The notes: generated by a model from the sequence alone, not told the origin. A DNA stretch of 52,651 nucleotides from Flammeovirgaceae bacterium (GCA_003232185.1 QIMC01000189.1:1-52651); one strand, 5' to 3'; positions 31,658 to 41,359 are shown, numbered from the stretch's first letter. Made by a program: numbers and translations.

Positions 31658-34243
31658 TCAATCCTGAGAGATCTGATGGTAAATTTCCAATAACCTAGGA
31701 TCTTTTTCTGACTCCGTAACCCGAAGCATCATATCTAGGGTTCCATCCACTTCATCCAACAAACCCAATGCCTGAAATGCTGAAAATCGAATGTAATAGG
31801 TGGTGTGATTTATCCCTATGTCTTCCAGATAGCTTGCACCGGTAGCTTGGTCTGCTGAGTCGGCACTTACCAGATATTGTCCAAAATAATTAATTAGATA
31901 ATACATAAGCTCTCCACTGGCTGATTTAAGTTGATTCTGATACCATGAATACTTTCCTGGTATGTTATTAAGTGCATAGTAATCTGCCAATGGGATGACC
32001 AGCTGAATATTGCTTTCATCTTCAAAGGTTTGAGCTATCTCTTTCCTTTCGGGATGATCAATCTGCAGGTAGGCATACAGTCCGGCACCGGCAACTGCAT
32101 AAGATGAATCTTTTATCGCTTCCAGATACAGTGGTAAATACACTACATCATTTGGGAAGGAAGACAAAGTGGTAATAGCATCTGCTCGTACCAATGATTT
32201 GGTATCACTCTTAGCAAGTATATTTAATTTAGAAACCAATTCCTCGGTTTGATCTCCGGTATAACCTTCAAAAACGTTTACCGCTAGCTGCCTTATAGCC
32301 CAAAATGGATCATCAAGTGCCTCCAGAAATAGTCCAATGGTGACAATATCTACTGAATCACTTAGTAATTTCTCCAGTGCCTTAAACCTGGTCAGTGCAT
32401 GGTACCCAACACTATATTGGTGCATCAACTCCTGTTTACTTTGTTCATAGTCCAAATCCAACAACAATTGATTCTCTTTATCGATTACCACCAAATCAGG
32501 TTCAACCTCCATTGGGAATTTAAAAACCTGCTGTTGTTGGTCCAAAACAATGGAGTGAGAAGCACCGTTTTGATTGTGCCAAAAATCAACTTCCATTGGA
32601 AGACGGAAAATTGGTGCTGAGCTCAGGTTCTGGGTTTGGGTTATCTCAATAGCAAGTGTATCGTCTTCGAAGGTATGCTTGATGTGCAGTTCTGGGTGCC
32701 CGGAGTCCATAAACCACTGATTAAAGAACCAGTTCATATCCTGACCGCTGACTTTCTCAGCCATCAAACGTAAGTGGTGTACTTCAACCGGCTGGCCTGC
32801 ATGGGTAGTTAGGTATTCATTTAAAATACTAAAAAAAGCATCGTCTCCCAGATGGTAACGAAGCATATGCAGGATTCGACTACCTTTAGCATAGGAGTGA
32901 CTATCAAACATATCTTCCTTGTCCTGATAGTAAAAACGAATCAAGTCTACCTTTTTCTCGTTCGCTTCCGCCAGGTAATTTTGTTGTTCTTCATACCCAA
33001 GGTAATCCGCATCATCCTTACCCAACAGGTGCTCAGCCCATAAATATTCGGCATAGGTAGCAAAGGCCTCATTCAAGGTTAAGTTTGACCAAGATTCGCT
33101 GGTGACCAGGTCTCCAAACCATTGATGGAATAATTCATGTGCAATAATTCCATCCCAGTCCTCGTCAATTAGATACCTTGAATCCACCTGAAGGTCCTCC
33201 ATAAATACCGATGCGGTGGTATTTTCCATTGCCCCGGATACGTAATCCCTGACTACAACCTGTGCGTATTTTGACCAGGGAAAAGGGTACTTAAGTAACT
33301 CCGAAAAAAATGTCATCATTTGAGGTGTTCTACCAAAAATAGATTTGGCATAAACTTCGAATTCCGGTTCAACATAATAAGAAACATCTTTTCCCTCCCA
33401 CTGATCTTTGACTACAGCAAATTCACCTACTGCCAACATGAACAGATAGGGAGCATGTGGCATACTCATTTTCCAATAATCTGTTCGGGTACCATCATTC
33501 TGCCCCTGGGAATAAACAAGTTGCCCGTTTGAAAGAGTGGTGAAACGATCCTCCACAGTGATGTACATTTCCTGGGTGCTTCTTTGATTTGGGCTATCAA
33601 TGGTGGGAAACCAACATGAATTGGCTTCTGTCTCTCCCTGAGTCCATATTTGTTGCGGTTTGTCTTCATCATTACCTAATGGGTTGATGAAATACAGCCC
33701 CTTATCCGAGGTAATGGCCTCACTTCCACCGGTCGCCAATTCATTTGGCTTTGCGGTGTAATCAATTTCGACAAAGTATGATTCACTTCTTTGATAGGGT
33801 CTGTCCAATGCGATCACTATTTTTTTTTGATCATATTCATAGGTTAACGACTTTTTACTGCCTCCTTCTACCAGCAGTATTGAATGAATGTCGAACCCTT
33901 TTGCATCAAGCACCAAACTATTTTGGGAATAGAAGTAAGGTCTTAATTCAAGGGTCGCCTTGCCCAGGACATGCTGTTGCTCCCAATCAAACCGCAGCTC
34001 AAGTCTCGTATGGATTAGGTCGTGTAGTTTGGTCTTCTCGCCCCTGTAAGGCCCTTGGTTAACTGGCTGGTCAATTGGCTTCAATAACGACAATGAATGA
34101 TGTGGCTCAACCTGACTTGAATCCACGGCCACCACTCCTACCACAGGGGCTGGGAGTTGAGTAGTTTTGCAAGCCACTACACTAAAGGTAATGATGGCAA
34201 GCCAAAATAGTTGACAAGTTTGTAGACTTGGATTAATCTGCAT
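31658..34243 (-). CDS. M1-family zinc aminopeptidase (aminopeptidase N-like) lipoprotein with a helical-repeat C-terminal region
   Basis: 861 aa with the GAMENT exopeptidase motif and HELFHQWFGD…(18 aa)…NEAFATY (HExxH-X18-E). The N-terminal signal ends in …FSVVAC, a lipobox-like cysteine. Confidence 0.88.
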   Translation of the reverse strand: MQINPSLQTCQLFWLAIITFSVVACKTTQLPAPVVGVVAVDSSQVEPHHSLSLLKPIDQPVNQGPYRGEKTKLHDLIHTRLELRFDWEQQHVLGKATLELRPYFYSQNSLVLDAKGFDIHSILLVEGGSKKSLTYEYDQKKIVIALDRPYQRSESYFVEIDYTAKPNELATGGSEAITSDKGLYFINPLGNDEDKPQQIWTQGETEANSCWFPTIDSPNQRSTQEMYITVEDRFTTLSNGQLVYSQGQNDGTRTDYWKMSMPHAPYLFMLAVGEFAVVKDQWEGKDVSYYVEPEFEVYAKSIFGRTPQMMTFFSELLKYPFPWSKYAQVVVRDYVSGAMENTTASVFMEDLQVDSRYLIDEDWDGIIAHELFHQWFGDLVTSESWSNLTLNEAFATYAEYLWAEHLLGKDDADYLGYEEQQNYLAEANEKKVDLIRFYYQDKEDMFDSHSYAKGSRILHMLRYHLGDDAFFSILNEYLTTHAGQPVEVHHLRLMAEKVSGQDMNWFFNQWFMDSGHPELHIKHTFEDDTLAIEITQTQNLSSAPIFRLPMEVDFWHNQNGASHSIVLDQQQQVFKFPMEVEPDLVVIDKENQLLLDLDYEQSKQELMHQYSVGYHALTRFKALEKLLSDSVDIVTIGLFLEALDDPFWAIRQLAVNVFEGYTGDQTEELVSKLNILAKSDTKSLVRADAITTLSSFPNDVVYLPLYLEAIKDSSYAVAGAGLYAYLQIDHPERKEIAQTFEDESNIQLVIPLADYYALNNIPGKYSWYQNQLKSASGELMYYLINYFGQYLVSADSADQATGASYLEDIGINHTTYYIRFSAFQALGLLDEVDGTLDMMLRVTESEKDPRLLEIYHQISQD

Positions 34244-34325
34244 GGATTACATTATTATTAGTATTTTCCCAAGTTACTATTAATAACCTGAATTTCTATT
34301 GAACTTAGGTCCACTCAATAAACCC

Positions 34326-34820
34326 ATGTACAAGGTAATCATCAACGAAATCTCCCATAATATTGAGGTTAGAGGCAATGAAATTTGCGTAGACAATGAG
34401 CTATTAGACTGGGATCTGTTATCCATTAATAATTCTCTGTTTCATCTTATTACAAATTCTGAGTCATATCTCATAGAGATCATATCTATAGACTCCAGTA
34501 AAAAGCATCTTAAACTTAAAGTGAATGGGTGTTTTTTTGAAATTGTGGTCCAGGACAAATACGATATCTTGTTAGAAAAGCTGGGCATGCAACCATCTGA
34601 TTCTAACGAACACCACGAGATCAGGGCTCCCATGCCAGGCATGATTCTGGATATCTTAGTGAAAGAAGGCCAACAGGTTTCGAAGGGACAGAAACTATTT
34701 GTTTTAGAAGCCATGAAAATGGAGAATATCATCAAATCAAACAGGGAAGGAGCTATCGAGTCCATTCATATTAAAAAGGGAATGAATGTTGAAAAAAATC
34801 AAATACTGATCCAATTTTAA
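34326..34820 (+). CDS. Biotinyl-domain (biotin carboxyl carrier-like) protein
   Basis: The ORF track starts at a TTG (34299). I trimmed to ATG 34326 (MYKVIINE…, 164 aa). The C-terminal 70 aa form a biotin/lipoyl attachment domain with the biotinylation motif EAMKMEN. The N-terminal half was not recognised. Confidence 0.8.
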   Translation: MYKVIINEISHNIEVRGNEICVDNELLDWDLLSINNSLFHLITNSESYLIEIISIDSSKKHLKLKVNGCFFEIVVQDKYDILLEKLGMQPSDSNEHHEIRAPMPGMILDILVKEGQQVSKGQKLFVLEAMKMENIIKSNREGAIESIHIKKGMNVEKNQILIQF

Positions 34821-34883
34821 AATATTTCTCTAAAAAAGTTAAGCAGCACTTCTTATATTTGACCCGGCCAAGTCTCTCATTCA

Positions 34884-35594
34884 ATGAAGTATAGTAGAAT
34901 CCTCCTAAAACTAAGCGGAGAAGCTCTTATGGGTAAAAAACCCTATGGAATAGATCCCAGACGCCTAGAGCAATATTCCGAGGAAATCAGAAGTGTTAAG
35001 GAGTTAGGAGTTGAAATTGCCATTGTGGTAGGAGGCGGCAATATATTTCGGGGAGCCCAGGCGGAAAACCTAAGTATTGATCGAGTGCAAGGTGACTATA
35101 TGGGGATGCTGGCTACAGTAATCAACGGTATGGCCTTACAAAGTGCTTTAGAGAAATCAGGCATGTATACACGGCTGATGTCGGGAATCAATATGGAACA
35201 AGTATGTGAACCTTTTATCAGAAGGAGGGCGGTTAGGCACCTGGAGAAAGGACGGATTGTCATTTTTGGGGCAGGGATAGGCAATCCTTATTTTACTACC
35301 GATTCTACTGCCAGCCTCAGAGCAGTGGAAATCGAGGCCGATGTGGTTATGAAAGGCACCAGGGTAAATGGTGTTTATAGCGCCGATCCTGAGAAAGACC
35401 CTAATGCAGTACGCTACGATAAACTTACCTTTTCTGAAGCCTATAGCAAAGAATTAAATATTATGGACTTAACGGCTTTTACATTATGTCAAGAAAATAA
35501 TTTACCAATTATAGTTTTTGACATGAACAAGCCAGGCAATCTATTAAAGATTATCGGTGGGTCAATGGAGGTAGGAACTATAATTGCCAACTAA
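34884..35594 (+). CDS. pyrH: UMP kinase
   Basis: 236 aa, …[12 protein letters not shown]…[10 protein letters not shown]…. Followed by frr, as is typical. Confidence 0.96.
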   Translation: MKYSRILLKLSGEALMGKKPYGIDPRRLEQYSEEIRSVKELGVEIAIVVGGGNIFRGAQAENLSIDRVQGDYMGMLATVINGMALQSALEKSGMYTRLMSGINMEQVCEPFIRRRAVRHLEKGRIVIFGAGIGNPYFTTDSTASLRAVEIEADVVMKGTRVNGVYSADPEKDPNAVRYDKLTFSEAYSKELNIMDLTAFTLCQENNLPIIVFDMNKPGNLLKIIGGSMEVGTIIAN

Positions 35595-35605
35595 CCTGAC
35601 ATCCC

Positions 35606-36166
35606 ATGGAAGAAATTGAATTTTACATAGACCATTCTGAAGAGTTGATGGAGAAATCTCTACAACACACTAATGGAACTTTGGCTAAAATAAGAGCGGG
35701 CAAAGCCATGCCCAATATGTTGGATGGCATTATGGTTGAGTATTATGGCAGCTCAACCCCTATTAATCAGGTAGCTACTATAAATTCCCAGGATGCGCGT
35801 ACCCTGGTAATCAAACCTTATGAAAAAAGCATTGTTGGAGAAATAGAGCGGGCAATAGTCAATAGTGACCTAGGGTTGAATCCTCAAAACGATGGTGAAT
35901 TGATACGAATCAATATTCCTGCATTAACTGAGGAGCGCAGAGTAGACTTAGTAAAACATGCTCGGAACGAAGCAGAACACGGCAAGGTAAGCATTCGCAA
36001 CATTCGCAAAGATGCTAACGATAACCTAAAGAAACTGTTAAAGGAACATGTCTCTGAAGATGAAGTAAGAAATGCTGAAGACAAGGTTCAAAAATTAACC
36101 GATCTGTTCATTTCAAAAATCGATGGTTACCTAAAAAAGAAAGAGGAAGATATTATGACCGTTTAG
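35606..36166 (+). CDS. frr: Ribosome recycling factor
   Basis: 186 aa, …LDGIMVEYYGSSTPINQVATI…LTEERRVDLVKHARNEAEHGKVSIRNIRKDAND…. Confidence 0.96.
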   Translation: MEEIEFYIDHSEELMEKSLQHTNGTLAKIRAGKAMPNMLDGIMVEYYGSSTPINQVATINSQDARTLVIKPYEKSIVGEIERAIVNSDLGLNPQNDGELIRINIPALTEERRVDLVKHARNEAEHGKVSIRNIRKDANDNLKKLLKEHVSEDEVRNAEDKVQKLTDLFISKIDGYLKKKEEDIMTV

Positions 36167-36735
36167 GGTCTGAGAAAATATCCTTTCTTGTCAATATAAA
36201 TCGCTACAACTTCAGGAACCAGATACCGAATGCTTCTCTTATCTCTGATTGCCTGGCGAATAAAGCTAGCGGATATATCCAACATTGGTGTATCAATTAC
36301 TTTAACCCTGTCATGATTCATCAGTTCAGACTCTTCTGCTTTGGGCCTTGGATAAACCAGCAATCCATAATTGTCAAGAATTTGTTGGTAATTTTTCCAC
36401 TTTGGAAACTTAACCAGGTTGTCAGATCCCATAATTAACTTAAACCTATGTTGCGGAAATTTCTCCGATAGATAGGTAAGCGTATCAATGGTATAGCTTG
36501 GTTTCGGCATTGAAAATTCCACATCGCTTACCTGGAATTTATGATTGTCCTGGATGGCCTTTTCAACCATTTCATAACGATCAAACTCATGTAACAATGA
36601 CTTCGTTTGTTTAAAAGGGTTCTGAGGTGAAACCACAAACCAAACTCGCTCTAGGTTTTCCGCCATCACGTTGGCTACAATAAGGTGACCAATATGTATT
36701 GGATTGAAAGAACCAAAATATAGCCCAATATTCAT
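36163..36735 (-). CDS. nadD: Nicotinate-nucleotide adenylyltransferase
   Basis: 190 aa, MNIGLYFGSFNPIHIGHL… (GxFxPxHxGH). The start overlaps the gmk stop by 4 nt. Confidence 0.9.
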   Translation of the reverse strand: MNIGLYFGSFNPIHIGHLIVANVMAENLERVWFVVSPQNPFKQTKSLLHEFDRYEMVEKAIQDNHKFQVSDVEFSMPKPSYTIDTLTYLSEKFPQHRFKLIMGSDNLVKFPKWKNYQQILDNYGLLVYPRPKAEESELMNHDRVKVIDTPMLDISASFIRQAIRDKRSIRYLVPEVVAIYIDKKGYFLRP

Positions 36736-37325
36736 ATCGCCGAATCCTGAGCAAGCGGTCCTACGAAATTTCTATAAAGTTGTTGGGCAACTTGAAAACT
36801 CTCTTCCAGGTCCTGATTGAGCAGAGTTATATCAAATTGGTCCACAAAGGTCAGCTCGAATTTAGCCTTAAACAGCCTTCTGGATATCCCATCTTCGGAT
36901 TCGGAACCTCGATTTCGAAGCCTCTGTTCTAATACCTCAATGGAAGGAACTTTAACAAATATTGCAAGGGCGCTTGTACCAAAATATTTCTTCAGGTTCA
37001 AACCTCCTTTTACATCAACATCAAATATTACATTCCTTCCGGATGCCCATACTCTTTCTACTTCAGATTTTAGGGTACCATAAAAATTCCCAGCATATAC
37101 TTCTTGCCATTCAACGAATTCATGATTGTCAATTTTATTCTTGAAATCCTCCGGAGATAAAAAATGGTAATCTTTGCCATTTTCCTCCTGTCGCCCTCGA
37201 CGATCTCGTGTACAAGCAGATATAGAGAATTCAAGATCCGGGTTTTGTTGCACCAATCGTTTTACAATGGTTGTTTTTCCGGAGCCTGAGGGTGCTGAAA
37301 AAATAATTGCTTTATGTCTTCCCAT
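36732..37325 (-). CDS. gmk: Guanylate kinase
   Basis: 197 aa with P-loop SAPSGSGKTT, then …CTRDRRGRQEENGKDYHF…. Confidence 0.93.
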   Translation of the reverse strand: MGRHKAIIFSAPSGSGKTTIVKRLVQQNPDLEFSISACTRDRRGRQEENGKDYHFLSPEDFKNKIDNHEFVEWQEVYAGNFYGTLKSEVERVWASGRNVIFDVDVKGGLNLKKYFGTSALAIFVKVPSIEVLEQRLRNRGSESEDGISRRLFKAKFELTFVDQFDITLLNQDLEESFQVAQQLYRNFVGPLAQDSAI

Positions 37326-37328
37326 AGA

Positions 37329-37604
37329 TCAGGTGTGGTTCCTGATTTTGAGTTTGATTGATTCAATCAAATCTTCGGGGACTTGCTTTTTTTCTAACTT
37401 TGTTTGAAGCATTTCCTTTATTGATTTCTCCAAATTGAATGATTCATAACAGGGTAAACAAGCATTGATGTGCTCACGAAAACGCTTTTCTTCTTCCGAA
37501 GATGCCTCATTGTCCGTGATTAGCTCAAGCAATTCTAAACATTTTTTACAAGAAATCTTGCCAAACACACTTTGTTTGATCCAGCTAAAGAGGTTGGTAG
37601 CCAT
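37329..37604 (-). CDS. Small soluble zinc-binding (ZAS, RsrA-like) anti-sigma factor
   Basis: 91 aa with no TM segment. It has CKKC near the N-terminus and an HxxxCxxC motif (HINACLPC). It starts 5 nt after the stop of the ECF sigma gene. Confidence 0.7.
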   Translation of the reverse strand: MATNLFSWIKQSVFGKISCKKCLELLELITDNEASSEEEKRFREHINACLPCYESFNLEKSIKEMLQTKLEKKQVPEDLIESIKLKIRNHT

Positions 37605-37609
37605 TTTTT

Positions 37610-38221
37610 TTATTTATTAAAACCCATTGATTTTGCATATTCATGCAACTTCTCTTTTAAAAGATTTCGTGCCCGGTGCAATCTGGATCTTATCGTTCCT
37701 ATGGGAATATCCAGTATTTTAGACATCTCCTCATAGGTAAATCCTTCCAGATCGCATAATATGATCACCGTACGAAAATCCACATCCAAAGCATTAAGTG
37801 CATTGGACACCTCATCACCGATCATGTGTTGCACTGTTTCAACCCTAAGATCAGTGGTCATTGATACGTCTACATTGTCCGAGTTGTAATACGTTTCAAC
37901 TTCCTGATAATCGATTTTAGGTGGTTGTTTGCTTTTTTTCCTAAAATCATTAATGAAGCTATTTTTCAATATTCGAAACAACCATGCCTTGGCATTAGTT
38001 CCTTGCTGAAACGAATTTAAAAATCTAAATGCTTTCAGGTAAGTCTCCTGAACAAGATCTTTAGCATCATCATCATCATAAGTAAGACGATAAGCAAAAT
38101 TATACATTGGGTTAATATGAGGCAAAAATTCCTTTTCAAAAATTCCCTCTTTTTCTAAATTTGAATAGTTCTGCTTTATCTTTTCTATAGACATAGTTGG
38201 ATTGGTTAATGGCCTACTCAT
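37610..38221 (-). CDS. ECF-type RNA polymerase sigma-70 family factor
   Basis: Region 2 (…DDAKDLVQETYLKAFRF…) and region 4 (…ILCDLEGFTYEEMSKILDIPIGTIRSRLHRARNLLKE…) are present. The ORF track start 38230 is a TTG. The first ATG is at 38221, with an alternative ATG at 38194. Confidence 0.85.
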   Translation of the reverse strand: MSRPLTNPTMSIEKIKQNYSNLEKEGIFEKEFLPHINPMYNFAYRLTYDDDDAKDLVQETYLKAFRFLNSFQQGTNAKAWLFRILKNSFINDFRKKSKQPPKIDYQEVETYYNSDNVDVSMTTDLRVETVQHMIGDEVSNALNALDVDFRTVIILCDLEGFTYEEMSKILDIPIGTIRSRLHRARNLLKEKLHEYAKSMGFNK

Positions 38222-38300
38222 ACCCCACAAAAATTGTTCCTTACCTACTTAAACTATGTTAAATTTAAAAAGTTGTCCCATTTCTATAACATTTATCCAT

Positions 38301-38966
38301 CTATTTGCCCTGTGTTTTAAACAGATGATAGTTAACTGGATTCCAAAGTATTAGAAAAAAAATCAATACCGAACCGAATTCAAGAAATTCCCAGTTCTTG
38401 CTTGCCGGAATTTGAGAAATTACCAGATTCAGAGCCAGATATATTATCACATGCCTTAACCTTGGAACAGGGATGTACCACTTATCGATTAGATAACTTG
38501 CCGATTTCATTTTGTGGTACAATATTGGAATCAACACCAAGTAGATTATAATTACTGTAGTCAATATCAACCCAAATATTAATTTATTTATTTTAACCCC
38601 TTCCACCACCAGGTTATGCAAATTCAATTCCTCCTGGGCATTGTGCTGCTTGAAGTATTCTGTGGTTTCAAGACCTAAGATTCGTTGGCCCCATGAAAGC
38701 TCCTCTCCGGCAACAAAGAAGAATGAAAAGATTATAAGAGCAGAAACCAGGGTAAATCTTATAGGTTGTGCTCGGTTATATGTAAACCATCGATATCCTA
38801 CCAGCAGACAAGAAGCCAATAACAACAACACAGTGGCGTATTCTACTGCTCCATCTTCCATCATGTATCTATTGGTAAAAAGATCGGGATTGCTAAATCC
38901 CAAATAGGTAGCAAAGACACTAGATGACAATAGCACCATCAAAAGTCCTTTTTCAAGCTTATCCAT
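38301..38966 (-). CDS. Polytopic membrane protein of unknown function
   Basis: 221 aa with about 6 hydrophobic segments and a conspicuous GEELSWGQRILG motif. Its ATG overlaps the GT2 stop by 1 nt (TAATG). Confidence 0.6.
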   Translation of the reverse strand: MDKLEKGLLMVLLSSSVFATYLGFSNPDLFTNRYMMEDGAVEYATVLLLLASCLLVGYRWFTYNRAQPIRFTLVSALIIFSFFFVAGEELSWGQRILGLETTEYFKQHNAQEELNLHNLVVEGVKINKLIFGLILTTVIIIYLVLIPILYHKMKSASYLIDKWYIPVPRLRHVIIYLALNLVISQIPASKNWEFLEFGSVLIFFLILWNPVNYHLFKTQGK

Positions 38967-39673
38967 TATATTCTGTCTCTTTTTAGAAAAAACTTCTTAA
39001 AGTAATAGCTCAATGGATTTGTGTACTTTTCCATTTTCCATGGTCGACTACTATGGGGAAGGTGCAAAACCGGGAGCGACCGCAATAATAAATTTTTAAA
39101 TCCCAACGCTCTTGATTGCTTGGATATATGAACATCATACCAGTCCTTGTCCTCTTTTAAAAGGGCGAAATCGAAGGAGGCAAGAAACTGATTGGTTAGA
39201 AGGGTGCAACAAAAACTTAAACTACGCTTGGTACTAATAACATCAGGAGCACCTGAAGATATGTGGTTGTAAGGAAAATTAATTTGACCTTGTTGGTCAG
39301 TAGTTATTGCCGCAACCATTCCTACTTCCTTTATCTGATTTTTATGGTTGATAAGCGCCTCGAGGGTACCTGATTCCACAATTACATCCGACTCGACAAT
39401 AATAAGATCAGTACCTGCTTCCAATGCCATTTTCTGTGCCATAAGCAAAACAGTTCGATAGTTTGGAGAGGGGGTATTGGTATGATCTTTAAGGTTTATG
39501 AGTTTGAAGTTTAATTCCGATGATCGTGATCTCAAGTAATTCTCGGTGGCTTCTTCACTGAAGTCATTGAACACAAAATAGTCAACCGAAATATTCGAGT
39601 CCACCACCGACTGTAGTGTTTTTTTTACGGTTTCAAGTGAATCCTTAACTGGTGTAATTACAATGGGAACCAT
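38966..39673 (-). CDS. Small GT-A fold / family 2-like glycosyltransferase
   Basis: 235 aa. The N-terminal MVPIVITPVKDSLETV… beta-strand and nucleotide-binding pattern and the acidic …LIIVESDVIV… (DxD-like) motif suggest GT2. No search was possible. Confidence 0.55.
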   Translation of the reverse strand: MVPIVITPVKDSLETVKKTLQSVVDSNISVDYFVFNDFSEEATENYLRSRSSELNFKLINLKDHTNTPSPNYRTVLLMAQKMALEAGTDLIIVESDVIVESGTLEALINHKNQIKEVGMVAAITTDQQGQINFPYNHISSGAPDVISTKRSLSFCCTLLTNQFLASFDFALLKEDKDWYDVHISKQSRALGFKNLLLRSLPVLHLPHSSRPWKMEKYTNPLSYYFKKFFLKRDRI

Positions 39674-39727
39674 TTCGGAAATTTAGCAATATTCTCACAT
39701 TTGTAGTATTAGGCAATTACCTATGGC

Positions 39728-40552
39728 TTATTTCAGCACTGGAATTTCCGCCTTTTGGGCGACCATTACCAATTCCTGATCAAGGTTAATGATTGAAATT
39801 AGGCGCCGCGCCAATCTATTAAACATAAAACTAAAGGAATCATGTTCTTTCACCAAAAGCGGATAGTTTGTTTGAATAGTTTTAAACCCACAGGATTCAA
39901 GTACTCTGGATAGGTTGTTATAATTAAAATAGGCATAATGTTCTACCCCCACTCCTTTGATCTTGTAAAACCTATGCCGCTCTCTTTGCCTCTTTGCTCT
40001 GCTGTAATTCGAATTAGGTATCAGGATCATCACTAAGCCACCGACCGGCAACAACTGATTACATTGTTCGAGCACATAGAAAGGATCCTTAAAATGCTCC
40101 AGTACATGCTGCATGAAGATTAGTTCAAAAGAACGACCTTGTTGTAGTAATTCTTCCAGGGTCTCAGTAGATGCGTTTAATCCATTTTTTTTGCAAAAGC
40201 CTACTGCGAATGAACTAACATCAATCCCCAGATGGTCCAAGCCCATACGTGATGCTGCTTCTAAGGTGTTGCCCAATGAACAACCAATTTCTAAAACTGA
40301 GTTTATTTTTGAACCATAGCTACCAGCAATTTCTAATAACCAGCCGGATTTTTCAATCTTATGGTCCCGATTAATTGCATAGTTTTTCGAATTAAAATAT
40401 TGCTCATTGTACGGTAGTTCCAGATCAAACGAGCTTTCATCCCGCCAAATTATACCACAATCCAAACACCGATGGTAAATCAATCTACCATCCCTGGAGT
40501 AAATCTTTTGATTTTCAGGGGAACAACCAAGGTAGCGGGAACAAAGGCTCAT
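39728..40552 (-). CDS. Class I SAM-dependent methyltransferase with an N-terminal Cys4 zinc ribbon
   Basis: The ORF track entry (to 40849) overlaps the upstream gene by 278 nt. I trimmed to ATG at 40550-40552 (MSLCSRYLGCSPENQ…HRCLDCG…). SAM motif I is VLEIGCSLGN. 274 aa. Confidence 0.75.
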   Translation of the reverse strand: MSLCSRYLGCSPENQKIYSRDGRLIYHRCLDCGIIWRDESSFDLELPYNEQYFNSKNYAINRDHKIEKSGWLLEIAGSYGSKINSVLEIGCSLGNTLEAASRMGLDHLGIDVSSFAVGFCKKNGLNASTETLEELLQQGRSFELIFMQHVLEHFKDPFYVLEQCNQLLPVGGLVMILIPNSNYSRAKRQRERHRFYKIKGVGVEHYAYFNYNNLSRVLESCGFKTIQTNYPLLVKEHDSFSFMFNRLARRLISIINLDQELVMVAQKAEIPVLK

Positions 40553-40571
40553 AGGTAAGGTTGATTGTCTT

Positions 40572-41240
40572 TCAGGACCACAAGCCCTGTATGCCTGCTT
40601 CCTTACCATGTTTTTGGGGCTCAAAAGCTGCAGGCTGCCCTTTTTCAAAGGCCACCATACTATTATAAAAATGCATGGACAATGTAGAGTGGCTAAACTC
40701 ATCCTCCTGCAGTAACCCACGGGTATGTTCAGCATTAAGTTTATCCACCAGGTGCTTACATTTTTCGATAAAAGAAGCTTCTTTGCCCAATCCGCCTCCG
40801 AATTCTTCCCAATACGCAGCACAAAGATCCTCCACCAGGTAAATGCCATTCTTAGTCATTCGAGGATACAGAAATTCAAAACTAGCAGCTATGTGGTCCA
40901 TTTGGTGGCTCCCATCATCCAGCACTATATCCGGCGGACCAAATTCTTCAACAACCTCAGATAGGAAGACATGGTCTGACTGATCTCCAATACGGATGGA
41001 TACCTGATCCCCTTCGTACTTCTTGCATTTTTCTTTAATATCTATGCCAACTATCTTAGCAAAAGGGCCAAAATACTTTTTCCACATTTGTAACGATCCA
41101 CCTTTATAAACGCCAATTTCATAGAAAACCACAGATTTACCCACCCAATGGCTAAAATGCCGTTCATATACCGGGAAATAGTGGGGCACTTTATGAATTA
41201 CCTTGTCACTATTGTTTAAAAAATCAGACCATAAACTCAT
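40572..41240 (-). CDS. Class I SAM-dependent methyltransferase, CmcI / rhamnosyl O-methyltransferase-like
   Basis: 222 aa, …HKVPHYFPVYERHF…VFYEIGVYKGGSLQMW…IVGIDI…DIVLDDGSH…. The family was recognised from memory (PF04989-like). Confidence 0.7.
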   Translation of the reverse strand: MSLWSDFLNNSDKVIHKVPHYFPVYERHFSHWVGKSVVFYEIGVYKGGSLQMWKKYFGPFAKIVGIDIKEKCKKYEGDQVSIRIGDQSDHVFLSEVVEEFGPPDIVLDDGSHQMDHIAASFEFLYPRMTKNGIYLVEDLCAAYWEEFGGGLGKEASFIEKCKHLVDKLNAEHTRGLLQEDEFSHSTLSMHFYNSMVAFEKGQPAAFEPQKHGKEAGIQGLWS

Positions 41241-41300
41241 AGTTCACTTTATCTGCACCAATTTAAAAGAAACTAAAACAATCCTTAAACCTCTAGTATC

Positions 41301-41359
41301 AAGTCTAGGCTAAACCTACTGATAATCCAGGGTATATTTTGTGACATCTCCGCGTTAAA
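41301..41359. repeat. Copy A of a conserved ~59-nt intergenic element
   Basis: An ungapped hand alignment to 51354-51412 gives 51/59 identities. It is bracketed by the inverted repeats 41298-41305 / 41365-41372. Confidence 0.8.

Noticed and set aside
34821-34883. TATATTTG box upstream of pyrH, and TAGCTTTG (43683-43690) upstream of rsfS, as promoters
   Set aside because: The -7-like boxes match TAnnTTTG, but neither has TTG at the 19-nt spacing. They are plausible but weaker than the four annotated promoters, so they were left unannotated.
38231-38300. ECF autoregulatory promoter upstream of the sigma gene (GGAAC at about 38236-38240 on the minus strand)
   Set aside because: A GGAAC is present, but I see no CGT-type -10 element at 16-17 nt spacing. 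Its position relative to the uncertain start codon is also ambiguous, so it was not annotated.
40553-40849. 99-codon N-terminal extension of the methyltransferase ORF 39728-40849
   Set aside because: It overlaps the 3' end of the CmcI-like gene in another frame and has a Trp/Cys-rich nonsense-like composition. ATG 40552 gives a clean zinc-ribbon N-terminus 19 nt after the upstream stop.
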